The notes under the pieces are model-generated. The model did not search any database. It was not told where the DNA came from and saw only the letters and a list, made by a program, of their open reading frames with translations. The position numbers and the translations under genes were made by a program. DNA of 64,000 nt from NCBI RefSeq assembly GCF_001194135.2, contig NC_068987.1, forward strand, positions 89,387,766-89,451,765. The letters run 5' to 3'. This DNA is from Octopus bimaculoides (lineage: Eukaryota). Shown here in pieces: positions 25,581 to 37,340 of the stretch. The first letter of the stretch is position 1. Every line of letters starts with the position of its first letter.

Positions 25581-25873
25581 CACTTTTATATTTACTCCCT
25601 TTGGTTCTCTCTTGCTAATAACCATTGAATTTGTCTTTTTTGTATTCACATTTCGGCATTTCTTGTCACTTTGCTCTCTTCAACCATTTCTTATAATTTC
25701 TGCCAGAAATACTGTATCAATGGTGTATCTTATATTCTTACCGTAACATTATAACATAACAGTTCAGTTGTTGTTATTGTTTGTTTTTAATAATAATTTC
25801 CCTTGAATCAATCAATCTGCTTTGCTTTTGTTTTTCGCTACAAATAAAAATATCAATATTCGTCTCCTTTCAG

Positions 25874-26059
25874 GAATTTTCAGAGGATCTTGCAACCTGG
25901 AAGATCATCAACCTACTCCGAAGTGTGGCCGTCATACTAGCGTGGCTTTTGCTGTCCATTTTCCCCAATACTGACCGTCTGGCCAAGAATCTATCAGAAA
26001 GTGTTGGCAACATTCTTGGTCAACACACAAGAACTCAGAATATTTCTACAATTTCCTAA
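25874..26059 (+). CDS. TMEM237: TMEM237 exon 5, TM4 and stop: EFSEDLATWKIINLLRSVAVILAWLLLSIFPNTDRLAKNL...STIS*
   Basis: Acceptor cgtctcctttcag (25873), phase 0. WxxxNL...LxWLxLS motif. Exon lengths 252+265+325+172+186 = 1200 nt, giving 399 aa plus stop, close to the vertebrate protein length. Confidence 0.92.
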   Translation, partial: EFSEDLATWKIINLLRSVAVILAWLLLSIFPNTDRLAKNLSESVGNILGQHTRTQNISTIS

Positions 26060-26326
26060 AAATACATCAGCATTATTATCATTGACAAGGTGCAAATGAG
26101 CAGAATTGTTACCATTCTAAACAAAATGTTTCGTGGCATTTCTTCCAACACTTTATGTTCTATGTTCAAATTCTACTGAGGTCAACTTTGCCTTTAATCT
26201 TTTTTGGGATCAATACAAATAAGTACCAGTTATGCGCTGGTTTGATGTAACCAACTTCCTTCCTCCTTCCCTCAAAATTACTAGCCTTGTGCCTATAGTA
26301 GAAAGAATTATTATTATTATTATTAT

Positions 26327-26560
26327 TGTGCGGGTGGCACATAAAAGACACCATTTCGAGCGTGGCCGTTTTCGTGCGGGTGACACGTAAAAGCACCCAC
26401 TACACTCTCTGAGTGGTTGGCGTTAGGAAGGGCATCCAGCTGTAGAAACTCTGCCAAATCAGACTGGAGCCTGGTGTTGCCATCCGGTTTCACCAGTCCT
26501 CAGTCAAATCGTCCAACCCATGCTAGCATGGAAAGCGGACGTTAAACGATGATGATGATT
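26327..26560 (+). mobile_element. Young RTE 3' tail in the TMEM237 3' flank or UTR
   Basis: Near-identical to 29399-29636. Flanked by (ATT)n on both sides. Confidence 0.9.
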
Positions 26561-26984
26561 ATTATTATTATTGTTATTGATGACTGACTTAATGTCTTTT
26601 ATCAAAACACCCATATCTTTTTATTTTAAAAATCTATTTATGATAAAATTCGTGGTTGTAGGGTTATATATGTTTGTAAAATCCACTGAGGTTATAAATT
26701 CACCTTTTGATCAAATGGGTTTTTTTATGTTACTTTACTACTGAGGCTCAGCTAATCAAACACTCAATGTTGGCAAGTCAAAATAGGATATTTATTCAAG
26801 TATAATATGCAGTGAGGAGCAATCTTGTGATTTTAGTCACTTATTCACCATGGAAACCAGGTAACCAGCCTTATGATTTCCAGGGCTGAAGAGAAATTTA
26901 TAAAAACAATATTCTACAAGAAAGATATTTTTTCTAGCATTTTATTGATCATAATCAAGGGTGTGCATTATACACAAGTGCATC

Positions 26985-27185
26985 ACCATCATCATCATTT
27001 AACATCTGTTTTCCATGCTGGCATGGGTTGGATGGTTTGACAGGAGTTGGCAAGGCCAGGTGCCTCACCAGGCTCCACTGTCTACTTTGGCATGGTTTCC
27101 ACAGTTGGATGCCTCTCCTAACACCAACCACTTTACAGAGTGTGGCCTGGGTGCTTTTTATGTGGCCCCAGCACCAACAAGTGCA
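26985..27185 (-). mobile_element. Older RTE 3' tail, inverted relative to 26327-26560
   Basis: Canonical tail on the minus strand. Confidence 0.8.
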
Positions 27186-28589
27186 TATTATACACAATTA
27201 TAGTGCTACAAAACATGTTTGTTTCTGTTTTAGCATGTATCTTGTGTTATGTGAGGGCTGTTTGTTTTATTGTAGCAACCAAGATGTTGCTCTTGTTGAT
27301 GCATTACTTGGTCTAACATTGGAGGGTCAGGGTTATCTGGGTTCAGAAAGACTGGTTTTCTGAGATGGAGAATGGTAATAGGAGGTGGAGTAGGAACTCA
27401 GAATATAAAGAATCAAAACAGATATCATTAATCATTTTGTCTGCTGCTTTGCTTTGAGATCTGTTCTTGTCTGATCCATTCACTGTTTCACTTTTCTACT
27501 AACTTGGAATGGTACTTTAATTGACCCACGAAAAGAAAGAAAAAAAAAATGAAAGGCAAAGTTGACCTCCCCTGGATTTGAACTCAGATCACGGGTAACC
27601 AGAATAAATACTGAAGTCATTCTCTCTCTCTGATGCTCTAACAATTTGTCACAATTTACTACTTTAATACAAAAAGAAAAAAAAAAAAAACTAAACAAAC
27701 TGTTTTTACAAACCAATTAAAAAAATATCAGACTGTTTCCACTCACACCTGGAATTGGATTAATTCAATTTTGTGAGTCATTTTCTTCCGTCCAGATTTG
27801 TTGAACTGAAACATTGAAATAATGTTTAATAGGTCTTTGGATTCACCTGTGCCAAATGTTTAGTCTTTTGAAAGTCTAAATACTTTTCCAAAATATAAGG
27901 ACCCATATGACCAAACCATTTCTCAATTGTATTTTCTGGAAGTGAATAAGGGACAAATCTCTTTGAAAACAGCCTATTAGTCTATCACATGTATCTTTCT
28001 GACTGGGAAAACTGAACACAGCCTGACTGGGTAGTTAAGAAGTTTGCTTTCCAACCACATGCTTTCAGGTTCAATCTCACTGCACAGCACCTTGGGCAAG
28101 TCTCTCATACTATAACCCCAGGCCTTGTGAGTTGATCTGGTAGATGGAAACTGAAAGAAGTGTGTATGTGTGTATATATATATCTGTGTATGTATGTATG
28201 TATTTATGCATGTGTGAGAGAGAGAGAGTACATTTGTGTCTCCTTGTCTTGAGATCACATAATGCTGTAAATGATTGTCATTCATTTTCCTTCTTCTGGA
28301 AAAATGTTACCTTGGAAACAGGTTAGGATTGGTGACAGGAAAGGCATCCAGCCATAGAAAATCTGCCTCAATAAACTCCGTCCAACCCATGCTGTCATGG
28401 AAAAGTGAATGTTGAAATGATAATGATGTTTGCCTCAGTGTTACTGCTGATGACAGTGAGATGTAATTTTCATGGTACTCTGCTGAGAGTGAAGTACCTT
28501 GCTCACAGACAAGCTACAGTGCCAAAGATTTGGACAGAAATTTCAACCTGTCACCTATTCCTCTAATTTCCATTTAATCAAGCCATTCT

Positions 28590-29636
28590 TTCTATCTCAT
28601 TCCAGGGTGAAAAACTAGAGGTAGTCGATAGCTTCCGCTATCTGGGCGACCAAGTTAGTAGTGGGGGTGGGTGCGCTGAAAGTGTAGCTGCTAGAATAAG
28701 AATAGCCTGGGCAAAGTTTAGAGAGCTCTTACCCCTGCTGGCGACAAAGGGACTCTCACTCAGAGTAAAAGGCAGACTGTATGACGCATGCGTACGAACA
28801 ACCATGCTACATGGCAGTGAAACATGGGCTGTAACTGCTGAGGACATACGTAAGCTCGCAAGGAATGAAGCCAGTATGCTCCGTTGGATGTGTAATGTCA
28901 ATGTGAATACCCGTCAGAGTGTAAGTATCTTGAGAGAAAAGCTGAACATTAGAAGCATCAGTTGTGGCGTGCAAGAGAGANNNNNNNNNNNNNNNNNNNN
29001 NNNNNNNNNNNNNNNNNNNNNNNNNNNNNNNNNNNNNNNNNNNNNNNNNNNNNNNNNNNNNNNNNNNNNNNNNNNNNNNNNNNNNNNNNNNNNNNNNNNN
29101 NNNNNNNNNNNNNNNNNNNNNNNNNNNNNNNNNNNNNNNNNNNNNNNNNNNNNNNNNNNNNNNNNNNNNNNNNNNNNNNNNNNNNNNNNNNNNNNNNNNN
29201 NNNNNNNNNNNNNNNNNNNNNNNNNNNNNNNNNNNNNNNNNNNNNNNNNNNNNNNNNNNNNNNNNNNNNNNNNNNNNNNNNNNNNNNNNNNNNNNNNNNN
29301 NNNNNNNNNNNNNNNNNNNNNNNNNNNNNNNNNNNNNNNNNNNNNNNNNNNNNNNNNNNNNNNNNNNNNNNNNNNNNNNNNNNNNNNNNNNNNNNNNNGG
29401 GTGGCACATAAAAGACACCATTTTTAGCGTGGCCGTTTTCGTGCGGGTGACACGTAAAAGCACCCACTACACTCTCTGAGTGGTTGGCGTTAGGAAGGGC
29501 ATCCAGCTGTAGAAACTCTGCCAAATCAGACTGGAGCCTGGTGTTGCCATCCGGTTTCACCAGTCCTCAGTCAAATCGTCCAACCCATGCTAGCATGGAA
29601 AGCGGACGTTAAACGATGATGATGATGATGATGATC
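28590..29636 (+). mobile_element. Young 5'-truncated RTE LINE containing an assembly gap
   Basis: ...RLYDACVRTTMLHGSETWAVTAEDIRKLARNEASMLRWMC plus 3' UTR and (GAT)n tail. Confidence 0.92.
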
Positions 29637-29756
29637 TGTCCACTAATTAAACAGACAATTATCAATTAGCAATACTCTCAGACTTTTCCTCTAACTAGAG
29701 TTAGATCTTGTAAGGTAAGAGTTTTCTTGTTATTATTATTATTATTATTATTATTA

Positions 29757-29970
29757 AGGTGGTGAGCTGGCAGAATCATTAGCATGCCGGGCAAAAATGC
29801 TTAGCAGCATTTCGCCCATCATTATGTTCTGAGTTCAAATTCTGCTGAGGTCAACTTTACCTTTCATTCTTTCAGGGTCAATAAAATAAGTACCAGTTGA
29901 AAACTGGGGTTAATGTAATTCACTCGTCCCCTTTCCTAAAATTGCTGCCCTTGTGGCAAAATTTGAAACC
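29757..29970 (+). mobile_element. tRNA-derived SINE, third family; also at about 26150, 27520 (-), 57850 (-) and 63900
   Basis: ggtggtgagctggcagaatcattagc...gttctgagttcaaattctgctgaggtcaactttacctttcat...gataaaataagtaccagt. Confidence 0.75.
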
Positions 29971-31105
29971 TTTATTATTATCATTATTATTATTATTAAA
30001 TAGCAAATGTTATTTACAAGGAAAATTAATTGATAATATCTCAGTTGATTTATAAGTTGTTGCTCTCTATGGCAAAGGAGAATAATTGTACATTATAAAA
30101 ACTATATATATATATTTTATACCAAAGACCTGAAGGCATTGATTTATTTCTGGAAATTTCTTCATTAAAAAAACAAAAAACAAAAACAAAAACAAAAGAC
30201 CTGTTCAATTACTTATCAGTTTTCTTGTCATTCATTCAGAGTCCAAACAGTTTTATTTTTTTCTCTGTCAAACAAATAAAGGTTTATTTTATTTTCTTAC
30301 ATTCCTACATGCCGTGTGAACCAATTTGTAAATGAAAAGCATTCAGTCTGTATATCTGTCTGACTGCCTGTCTGTATATCTATCATGATCATCATCAGCA
30401 GCAGCAGTGTCATTTAACGTCTGTTTCTATGCTGACATGGTTTGGATATTTCGACAGGATCTGATGAGCTTGGGGGCTGCGATGGTCTCTGATATCTGCT
30501 TTGACAAAGTTTATACAGCTGGAAAACCTTCCTAATGTCAACCATTTCTTCAGAGTGTACTGGGTGCTTTTTATGTGGCACCAACACTGGCAAGGTGACC
30601 AAGTAATTGACAAGACAAGACCCCTTGACTGGGTTAGATACAGTATTGAGGGAGGAGGCTTTGTGGCAGGTATTGAGAGACAAAAGTATGAGTAAGGGAT
30701 CAGGAACAAGATTTAAGGAAAACATCCAGCCATAGAAACAGACTTTGGAGCAAGATGAGGTCCTCGGATTTGTCGGATTTGTCACAACATACAGTCCATA
30801 CCGGCTTGGAGATTAGATGTTAAATATGTGGTGACTGCAAGATTGTGGGTTCAATTCCCAGACCGGGCCATAGCATTGTGTTCTTGAGCAAAGCACTTCA
30901 TTTCATGTTGCTCTGCGATCATTTTGACATCTGACATGTGGCACCCAGTTGCACCTGTACAGGTAATGTCGATTTGATGGAGGGAGTGAGCTTATGTCTA
31001 CACAAACATTTGATCACTATAAACATATTATCTGTGTGGTTGTTTGATAAGAAATTGTCGAGCCCTCGTACGTTGTCTAACGACAAGAGAGTTCACCATA
31101 TATAT

Positions 31106-31176
<71 letters not shown>

Positions 31177-31462
31177 TACACACACATATATATATATATA
31201 GTTGAATAAGAAATAGAAAATCCTTCATACAGTATTATATATTTGAAAAAAATGAATAGAAATGGCTTTTCTGATAATTTAATAATTAGTTGTTTGTAAG
31301 TTTACAAAAGGTGACTGATCAGAGTTTCTCACTTAAAAACAGTCTTCAAACTGATATTTTAGAATTCACTGTTTAAATAGGCAATGTTTAATTAAAAACA
31401 TACACTCACACATACAAACACTAACACACACCTTTTTCTGATAATTTGTCCCACTTTAATAA

Positions 31463-32316
31463 CACTGGTCAACAAAATTAAATGTATTATACTCATTATG
31501 AATGCAAGCCAACTTTTTAAAACTAATTTTTCACTCCATTAGTATGCAGCACGTATCGGGCTTTCAGTAGATGTATGCAAATAATTACATATTTGTATAT
31601 ATGAAATCATTAGCATAATAAATAAGGACATGTTAGTTTTAGAATGTAAATGAGTTTATTGAGTTAAAAATCCTTACTATTATTCTACAAAGAGTGAATA
31701 CACAAAAAATGAGTCAGACAAAACAAAGTTCGAACAACAGAGTTAGAAACATTGTGATTTGGGTTTCCTGTGGCGTTCCTGATCTGGTTGATCAAGGTAA
31801 AATGTCCAGCAGTAGTCAGCCAGCATACTGTCATTCCAAAAGCCTTGGTACCATTTCTCCATAGCACTAATGTCCTGGTGAAATCTTTCACCATGTTCAT
31901 CAGACACTGCTCCAAGGTTATCTGCTAAGAAATCCAGATGGGAGTCCAAGAAGTGAACTTTCAGTGACATGCGACAACCCATTGCTGAGTCACATTTCAG
32001 AAGATACTTGATGCCATCTTTGTAGTGCATTGCCTTCTTGTTGCCCAAGAAATTCTCACAAAATATTGCATCTGAACTATGCAGCAATGAATAATGTTTA
32101 TTTTAAAGGTATGTTTCCATGACGTAAATGAAATACATGCATACACGTCAATTAGTTGGAATTTGTATATAATGCATGAGCTAAAACCAAAAAACTTTCT
32201 CATCTTGAAAACTAGACATGATGTCAAAAAACTAATTGTATATTTGAAATCAGAATTAAAAACTACACTAAGCACACCTTGACAGATGATTGATGAAAAA
32301 TACCTGTTGATTAGTG
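31463..32316 (-). mobile_element. Chapaev3-like (CMC superfamily) internally deleted DNA transposon with intact ends
   Basis: TIRs cactggtcaaca and tgttgattagtg, 3-bp TAA duplication on both sides, and the transposase C-terminus SLKVHFLDSHLDFLADNLGAVSDEHGERFHQDISAMEKWYQG. Confidence 0.85.
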
Positions 32317-32542
32317 TAATCAGTTGTTTATAAGTTTACAAAAGGTGGTTCTGATGAGAGTTTCTCACGTAAAAATAGTCGTCAAACTGACATTTTAGAG
32401 TGTTATTCAGTTTAAATAAGAAGTGTTTAATGACAAACATGCACACACACACACACACACGTACATACATGCAAACACTAACACACACTCACAGACATAT
32501 GTCCATACATAAACATAGAGAGACATACACATACATAAACAT

Positions 32543-32579
<37 letters not shown>

Positions 32580-32660
32580 TAGGACCTTATACATACATGC
32601 AGAGAAGCACAAATACACATATCCATATATCCATGTATTTATTCACATATATTCATATAT

Positions 32661-32706
<46 letters not shown>

Positions 32707-32813
32707 CAAAACAAAAAAAAAAGAGAATTAAGTGGATCAAGAATAAAGAAAGGGATCTACTTAAATCTCCTTCCCCCCCTTTTTGGTGTATGTATGTATG
32801 TATGTATGTATAT

Positions 32814-32990
32814 ATAGCCAAGGGATTAAAATTAATCAAAGGACATACTAAGTATGTCGACCTGCTTGAAATAACAGTCAAAACTCTTATTAAATCATCA
32901 AAGATATGATTTGATAAGAGTTTTCATTGTTATTTCCAGCAGGTAGACATACTTAGTATGTCCTTTGATTAATTTTAATCCCTCGGCTAT
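32814..32990. repeat. Fold-back palindrome with 85-bp arms and a 7-nt loop
   Basis: 32814-32898 is the reverse complement of 32906-32990. Confidence 0.95.
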
Positions 32991-33149
32991 TTAATGCTAT
33001 CTTTTGGCCTGCAGTCTCCTGTGTCATTGATTCTGTTATTATCATTCTTAAAATAGTTACATTGGATGATAATAGAATTAATGACACCTTCGCAAATTTA
33101 CTTTTTATCTGTATATATATGTATGTATATATGTATATGTATATATATA

Positions 33150-34150
33150 TATATACTTTATTTAAAAGCAGCAGAAATATAACAAAAAAAACGTTACTCT
33201 GAGTTTCACGTTCCCGTTCATCGGACAGTTTTGTTAGAAATGGAGGAAGGATAACGATGCAATCGAAAGTAATATAAAATTTAAAATTTAAAACACATGG
33301 ATTCGTCTGATTGGTTGTTTCAAATAAGGGCCATGGATTGGTCGTTTCAATTAACGGTCAATGATGTGTAATTCACAGACCAAATAAATTTAATACAGAT
33401 TCACCCTATTAAAAAATATCGAAGAAAACTTTAAATAGAANNNNNNNNNNNNNNNNNNNNNNNNNNNNNNNNNNNNNNNNNNNNNNNNNNNNNNNNNNNN
33501 NNNNNNNNNNNNNNNNNNNNNNNNNNNNNNNNNNNNNNNNNNNNNNNNNNNNNNNNNNNNNNNNNNNNNNNNNNNNNNNNNNNNNNNNNNNNNNNNNNNN
33601 NNNNNNNNNNNNNNNNNNNNNNNNNNNNNNNNNNNNNNNNNNNNNNNNNNNNNNNNNNNNNNNNNNNNNNNNNNNNNNNNNNNNNNNNNNNNNNNNNNNN
33701 NNNNNNNNNNNNNNNNNNNNNNNNNNNNNNNNNNNNNNNNNNNNNNNNNNNNNNNNNNNNNNNNNNNNNNNNNNNNNNNNNNNNNNNNNNNNNNNNNNNN
33801 ATATTAGACAGAATGAGATAACAAATCCAAGGCTCTGAGGAGATTTCTGGACATTTATAATGAAACAGTCTAGAGGCTGCTATGATAGATTCAAAGTTAG
33901 GTGGGGTGGAATAGGATAGCTTCAGGGTGGATGTATTAAAGATAGAGTAATATTTGTGTTGACGAGGGAAGTTGGAGTCCAGTATATTAAAAAAGGATTT
34001 AGCTAAGTTCTTAACATTAAGTGAGAAGGGGGTGTATACCATAGAATAGAGCATCCACCACTTTTTTTGGGGTGTCTAGGGGTAGTGCTATCTATATTTT
34101 TGGAGAATGGAAGGGGGTAGCATGGCCCATTATTGTTAGCTGTTGCAGTA
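33150..34150 (-). mobile_element. Penelope-like retroelement fragment with a pseudo-LTR
   Basis: YTPFSLNVKNLAKSFFNILDSNFPRQHKYYSIFNTSTLKLSYS resembles the PLE linker (PPFSxNV...HFP..H..HKIFN...KxSYS). The pLTR has two CCAAT boxes, a hammerhead motif and AATAAA. Confidence 0.8.
33181..33237 (-). ncRNA. Minimal type I hammerhead ribozyme motif (U4C core variant)
   Basis: Minus strand reads aacaaaacugu CCGAUGA ACG-GGAA-CGU GAAA CUC-A-GAG UA acguuuuuuuuguu. Predicted cleavage after GUA, between 33195 and 33194. Confidence 0.7.
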
Positions 34151-34503
34151 TGTATGTATGAATACATGGATATGTGTTTGTGTTTCTCTGTGTGTATGTA
34201 TGTGTAAAGTCCTATGTTTTATGTATGTGTACATGTTTATGTGTGTGTGTGTACATCTCTATATGTTTATGTATGGGTATATGTGTATGTGGGTGTGTGT
34301 TAGTGTTTGTATGTATGTGCATCTATGTTTGTAATTAAACTCCCTATTTAAACACTGAATAAAACTCTAAAATATCAGTTTGAAAACCGCTTTTAAGCAA
34401 GAAACTCCTATCAGAGTCACATTTTGTAAACTTATAAACATCTAATTATTAAAGTGGAAAAATTATCAGAAAAGCCATTTCTATTCCTCTTTTCAAATAC
34501 ATA

Positions 34504-34545
<42 letters not shown>

Positions 34546-34546
<1 letters not shown>

Positions 34547-34756
34547 TCTTTTACTTGTTTCAGTCATTTGACGACAGCCATGGTGTAGCATTGCCTTTAG
34601 TCGAACAAATTGACTCCCAGGACTTATTCTTTGTAAGCCTAGTACTTATTCTACCGGTCTCTTGTGCCGAACTGCTAAGATACAGGGACATAAACACACC
34701 AACATCGGTTGTCAAGTGATGGTGGGAGCACAAACACAGACACACAAATACATACC

Positions 34757-34803
<47 letters not shown>

Positions 34804-34953
34804 GGCTTCTTTCAGTTTCTACCAAATTCACCCAGAAGGCTTTGGTCGGCCCAAGGCTATAGTAGGAGACACTTGCCAAAGGTGCCGCACAGTGGGACTG
34901 AACCCAGAACTGTGTGGTTGAGAAGCAAGCTTCTTACCACACAGCCACTCCTA
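34546..34953 (-). mobile_element. Full-length tRNA-derived SINE, main family
   Basis: The head with A/B-box-like motifs (gtggctgtgtggtaag, ggttcagtcccactg), central (TA)n and 3' tail are all present. Confidence 0.85.
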
Positions 34954-35723
34954 TACATATATGTATGTATGTAAATAATAATGAGCTAAGAGAAATAGCT
35001 CAGAGTAGCCAGTGGTGTCTATATGAACAACATAAACACATATCGTTATATCAAATAATTAACTTATTAAGATTCTCTCTGCCTGTAGAAGAAGAGTCAC
35101 AATTATCAAATGACAATTAAGACCAGCGGCTTATGAGAAGGGGAGATAACCTCAAGAATCAAGAATTCTCTAAACTTGACATGACAATAAGCAAAAAGAT
35201 AAAACTTATTGTCTGGAGGTATGCCGACAGTCATGGACATGTATTTCTGGTTCAATACCTACCATCAGCATGGCAATTGTCCCATGTTATCTCTGGTAAA
35301 TTTACACAAAAATAGAGTAAAACAAATTTACGGTCTTGGCAATTTCCATAATTTAAGCAAAAACAAGCTATGAAAAATAACTCAGAGTGTCCGGTGCCAC
35401 CCATATTTGACAAATACAGGTTTATCAAATAACATACAACATATATTATTGATTTATTAAAATTATATCCACCTCTAGAAAATGTTACATAATTACCAAA
35501 TGACAATTAAGACCAGGTCCACTTGAGAAGGGGGGATAATCTCAAGACCCAAGATTTATGTGTGTGTGTGTTTTCCATTCTCAGTTTATTTTTTCTTATT
35601 CCTTTCTGTCGAAAAGTATAGGATGGAGACGTAAAAGACTTTTTCATTTTTCCTGAGCATCAAACTAATACACCTGCTTGTTGTTCCTACACCTGTCTTT
35701 GTCTTTCATTTTTCTATAAATTT

Positions 35724-35808
<85 letters not shown>

Positions 35809-37149
35809 TGATAGATAGATATAAATTTGCATATGCATACATAAACTCCTGCACACAAACGCAAGAACAACTTTGGTTAAGAAGTTCACTTCTCAGCAGC
35901 ACAGTCTCAGGTTCCAGCCTCCTGCACAGCATCGTCAACAAAGCTTCAGGTTGACCAATATTTTATGAATTTATTGCATATTTGACAAAAGTGAGTATAG
36001 AAATATATGAATTTAGCTGAAAACCAGGAGAATCTGGAGGGAGAAAGTTCAGAGTGATTTGGTGTAGATGGCTACAAATCTAAGAAAATTATTCAGTAAT
36101 GTTGTTGATGAGATGGAAGAGAATTCAAATGGTCCTTCATATTGGTTCAGCCTAGATAGAAAGGTAAAGTCCATGGGATTACTAGTGAAACCCTTACAAG
36201 TAATGGGTTAGAAAATGAAAGTAGTTCTTTACAGCTGTTTCTGGAGTAAGGTGTTCATTAGAAGCAGTTACGTGGATTGTGTCAACATATACATAAAGTA
36301 GACTGGTGCAATTTACAGTAGATGAATCAGCACAGGTGTAAATTATGCAAATAATCCAACTCGTTGTTGGAAGAGAAATAAACTTATGCAGTGAGATTGT
36401 AATATATATAAACAGATATAAATAGATAGGTAATCTAATCAGATAAAGGCAAGGATATTAATGTAATAGACATTATATTGTTGGATAAGAATAAAAGACA
36501 AAGAAATTGAAAGTACTGGAAATGATGGATGAAGATAATAGAAAAATTTTGAAAAGAAAGAGAGAGAACCTGAATTATTGTATGCACGAATGCAAGAACA
36601 TGTTCAAATGGATCTGAACACAACAGAATAGAACACCATGGAAGACTGTCAGAACAAAAACCAAACATTGGCTGCTGCAAGTGGGTCAGCAGGTTATGAA
36701 TGGGGAGTTAAGGATAACTATATTGCATGTTTTAATCAACCTAAGTTTGCAGGGTGGAAATTAATTTCAACAAAATAAAATGCTATATTCAGCTGTTGTT
36801 ATATCTTTGAGTGTTTGTGTGTGAAATGTGCAGATGAAATGCAGAGAAAAGAGAGCATATAATAAAAAAAGCAGAGAAAAGAATTTTGTTTTTGTATTTG
36901 TGCATGCATGAAAAGCAACATGTCACCATTTAAAAAATAAAGGTGCGTGCATGTGGGAACAATGGAAACACAGAATAAAAAGACATGCAAAATGAAAAAA
37001 AATATTTAACCAAAATGGAGATGACAAACCATTCATATACAGAAATAATCAGTTGCTAGGAATTTGAGGGAGATGCAAAAAATATATAAAATTCATTCAG
37101 TTTGTGTCATCTCATGTTGTTTTTTAAATGATTGTTAACTGCAATTCTG

Positions 37150-37340
37150 TGTGGAGCGTGGTGTGAAGGTGCCTGCAGAAAAATGTAATGATGCAGGTGG
37201 GTTGGCTTGATGAGGTGATAAAGTGGCCTCTCGCTCAATGGGAGTCTTCTTCAGGTGATTGATGCTGATAGTTTCTTTATTTCTGCTAGCATCCAGGGTG
37301 AAGTACTTGGGTGTTCTGGTTGGAACTGTGAAAGGATTTC
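37150..37340 (-). pseudogene. Ty3/Gypsy integrase C-terminal fragment
   Basis: Hand translation NPFTVPTRTPKYFTLDASRNKETISINHLKKTPIE resembles the GPFxV..R.PK.F.L...G..xxVSIDRLK motif. Confidence 0.55.

Larger units (their letters stand above)
31237..34504. repeat. Large inverted repeat (arms about 350 bp) hosting nested insertions
   Basis: 34145-34504 is the reverse complement of 31434-31462 plus 32317-32650, and also of 31237-31432. Confidence 0.8.

Noticed and set aside
27200-27480. Minus-strand open frame (VPTPPPITILHLRKPVFLNPDNPDPP...) as an exon of a convergent gene
   Set aside because: No good acceptor, no recognisable homology and no partner exons.
35600-35642. Second hammerhead (CTGTCGA...GAGACGTA)
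   Set aside because: Stem II does not pair and GAAA is mutated. At best a dead remnant.
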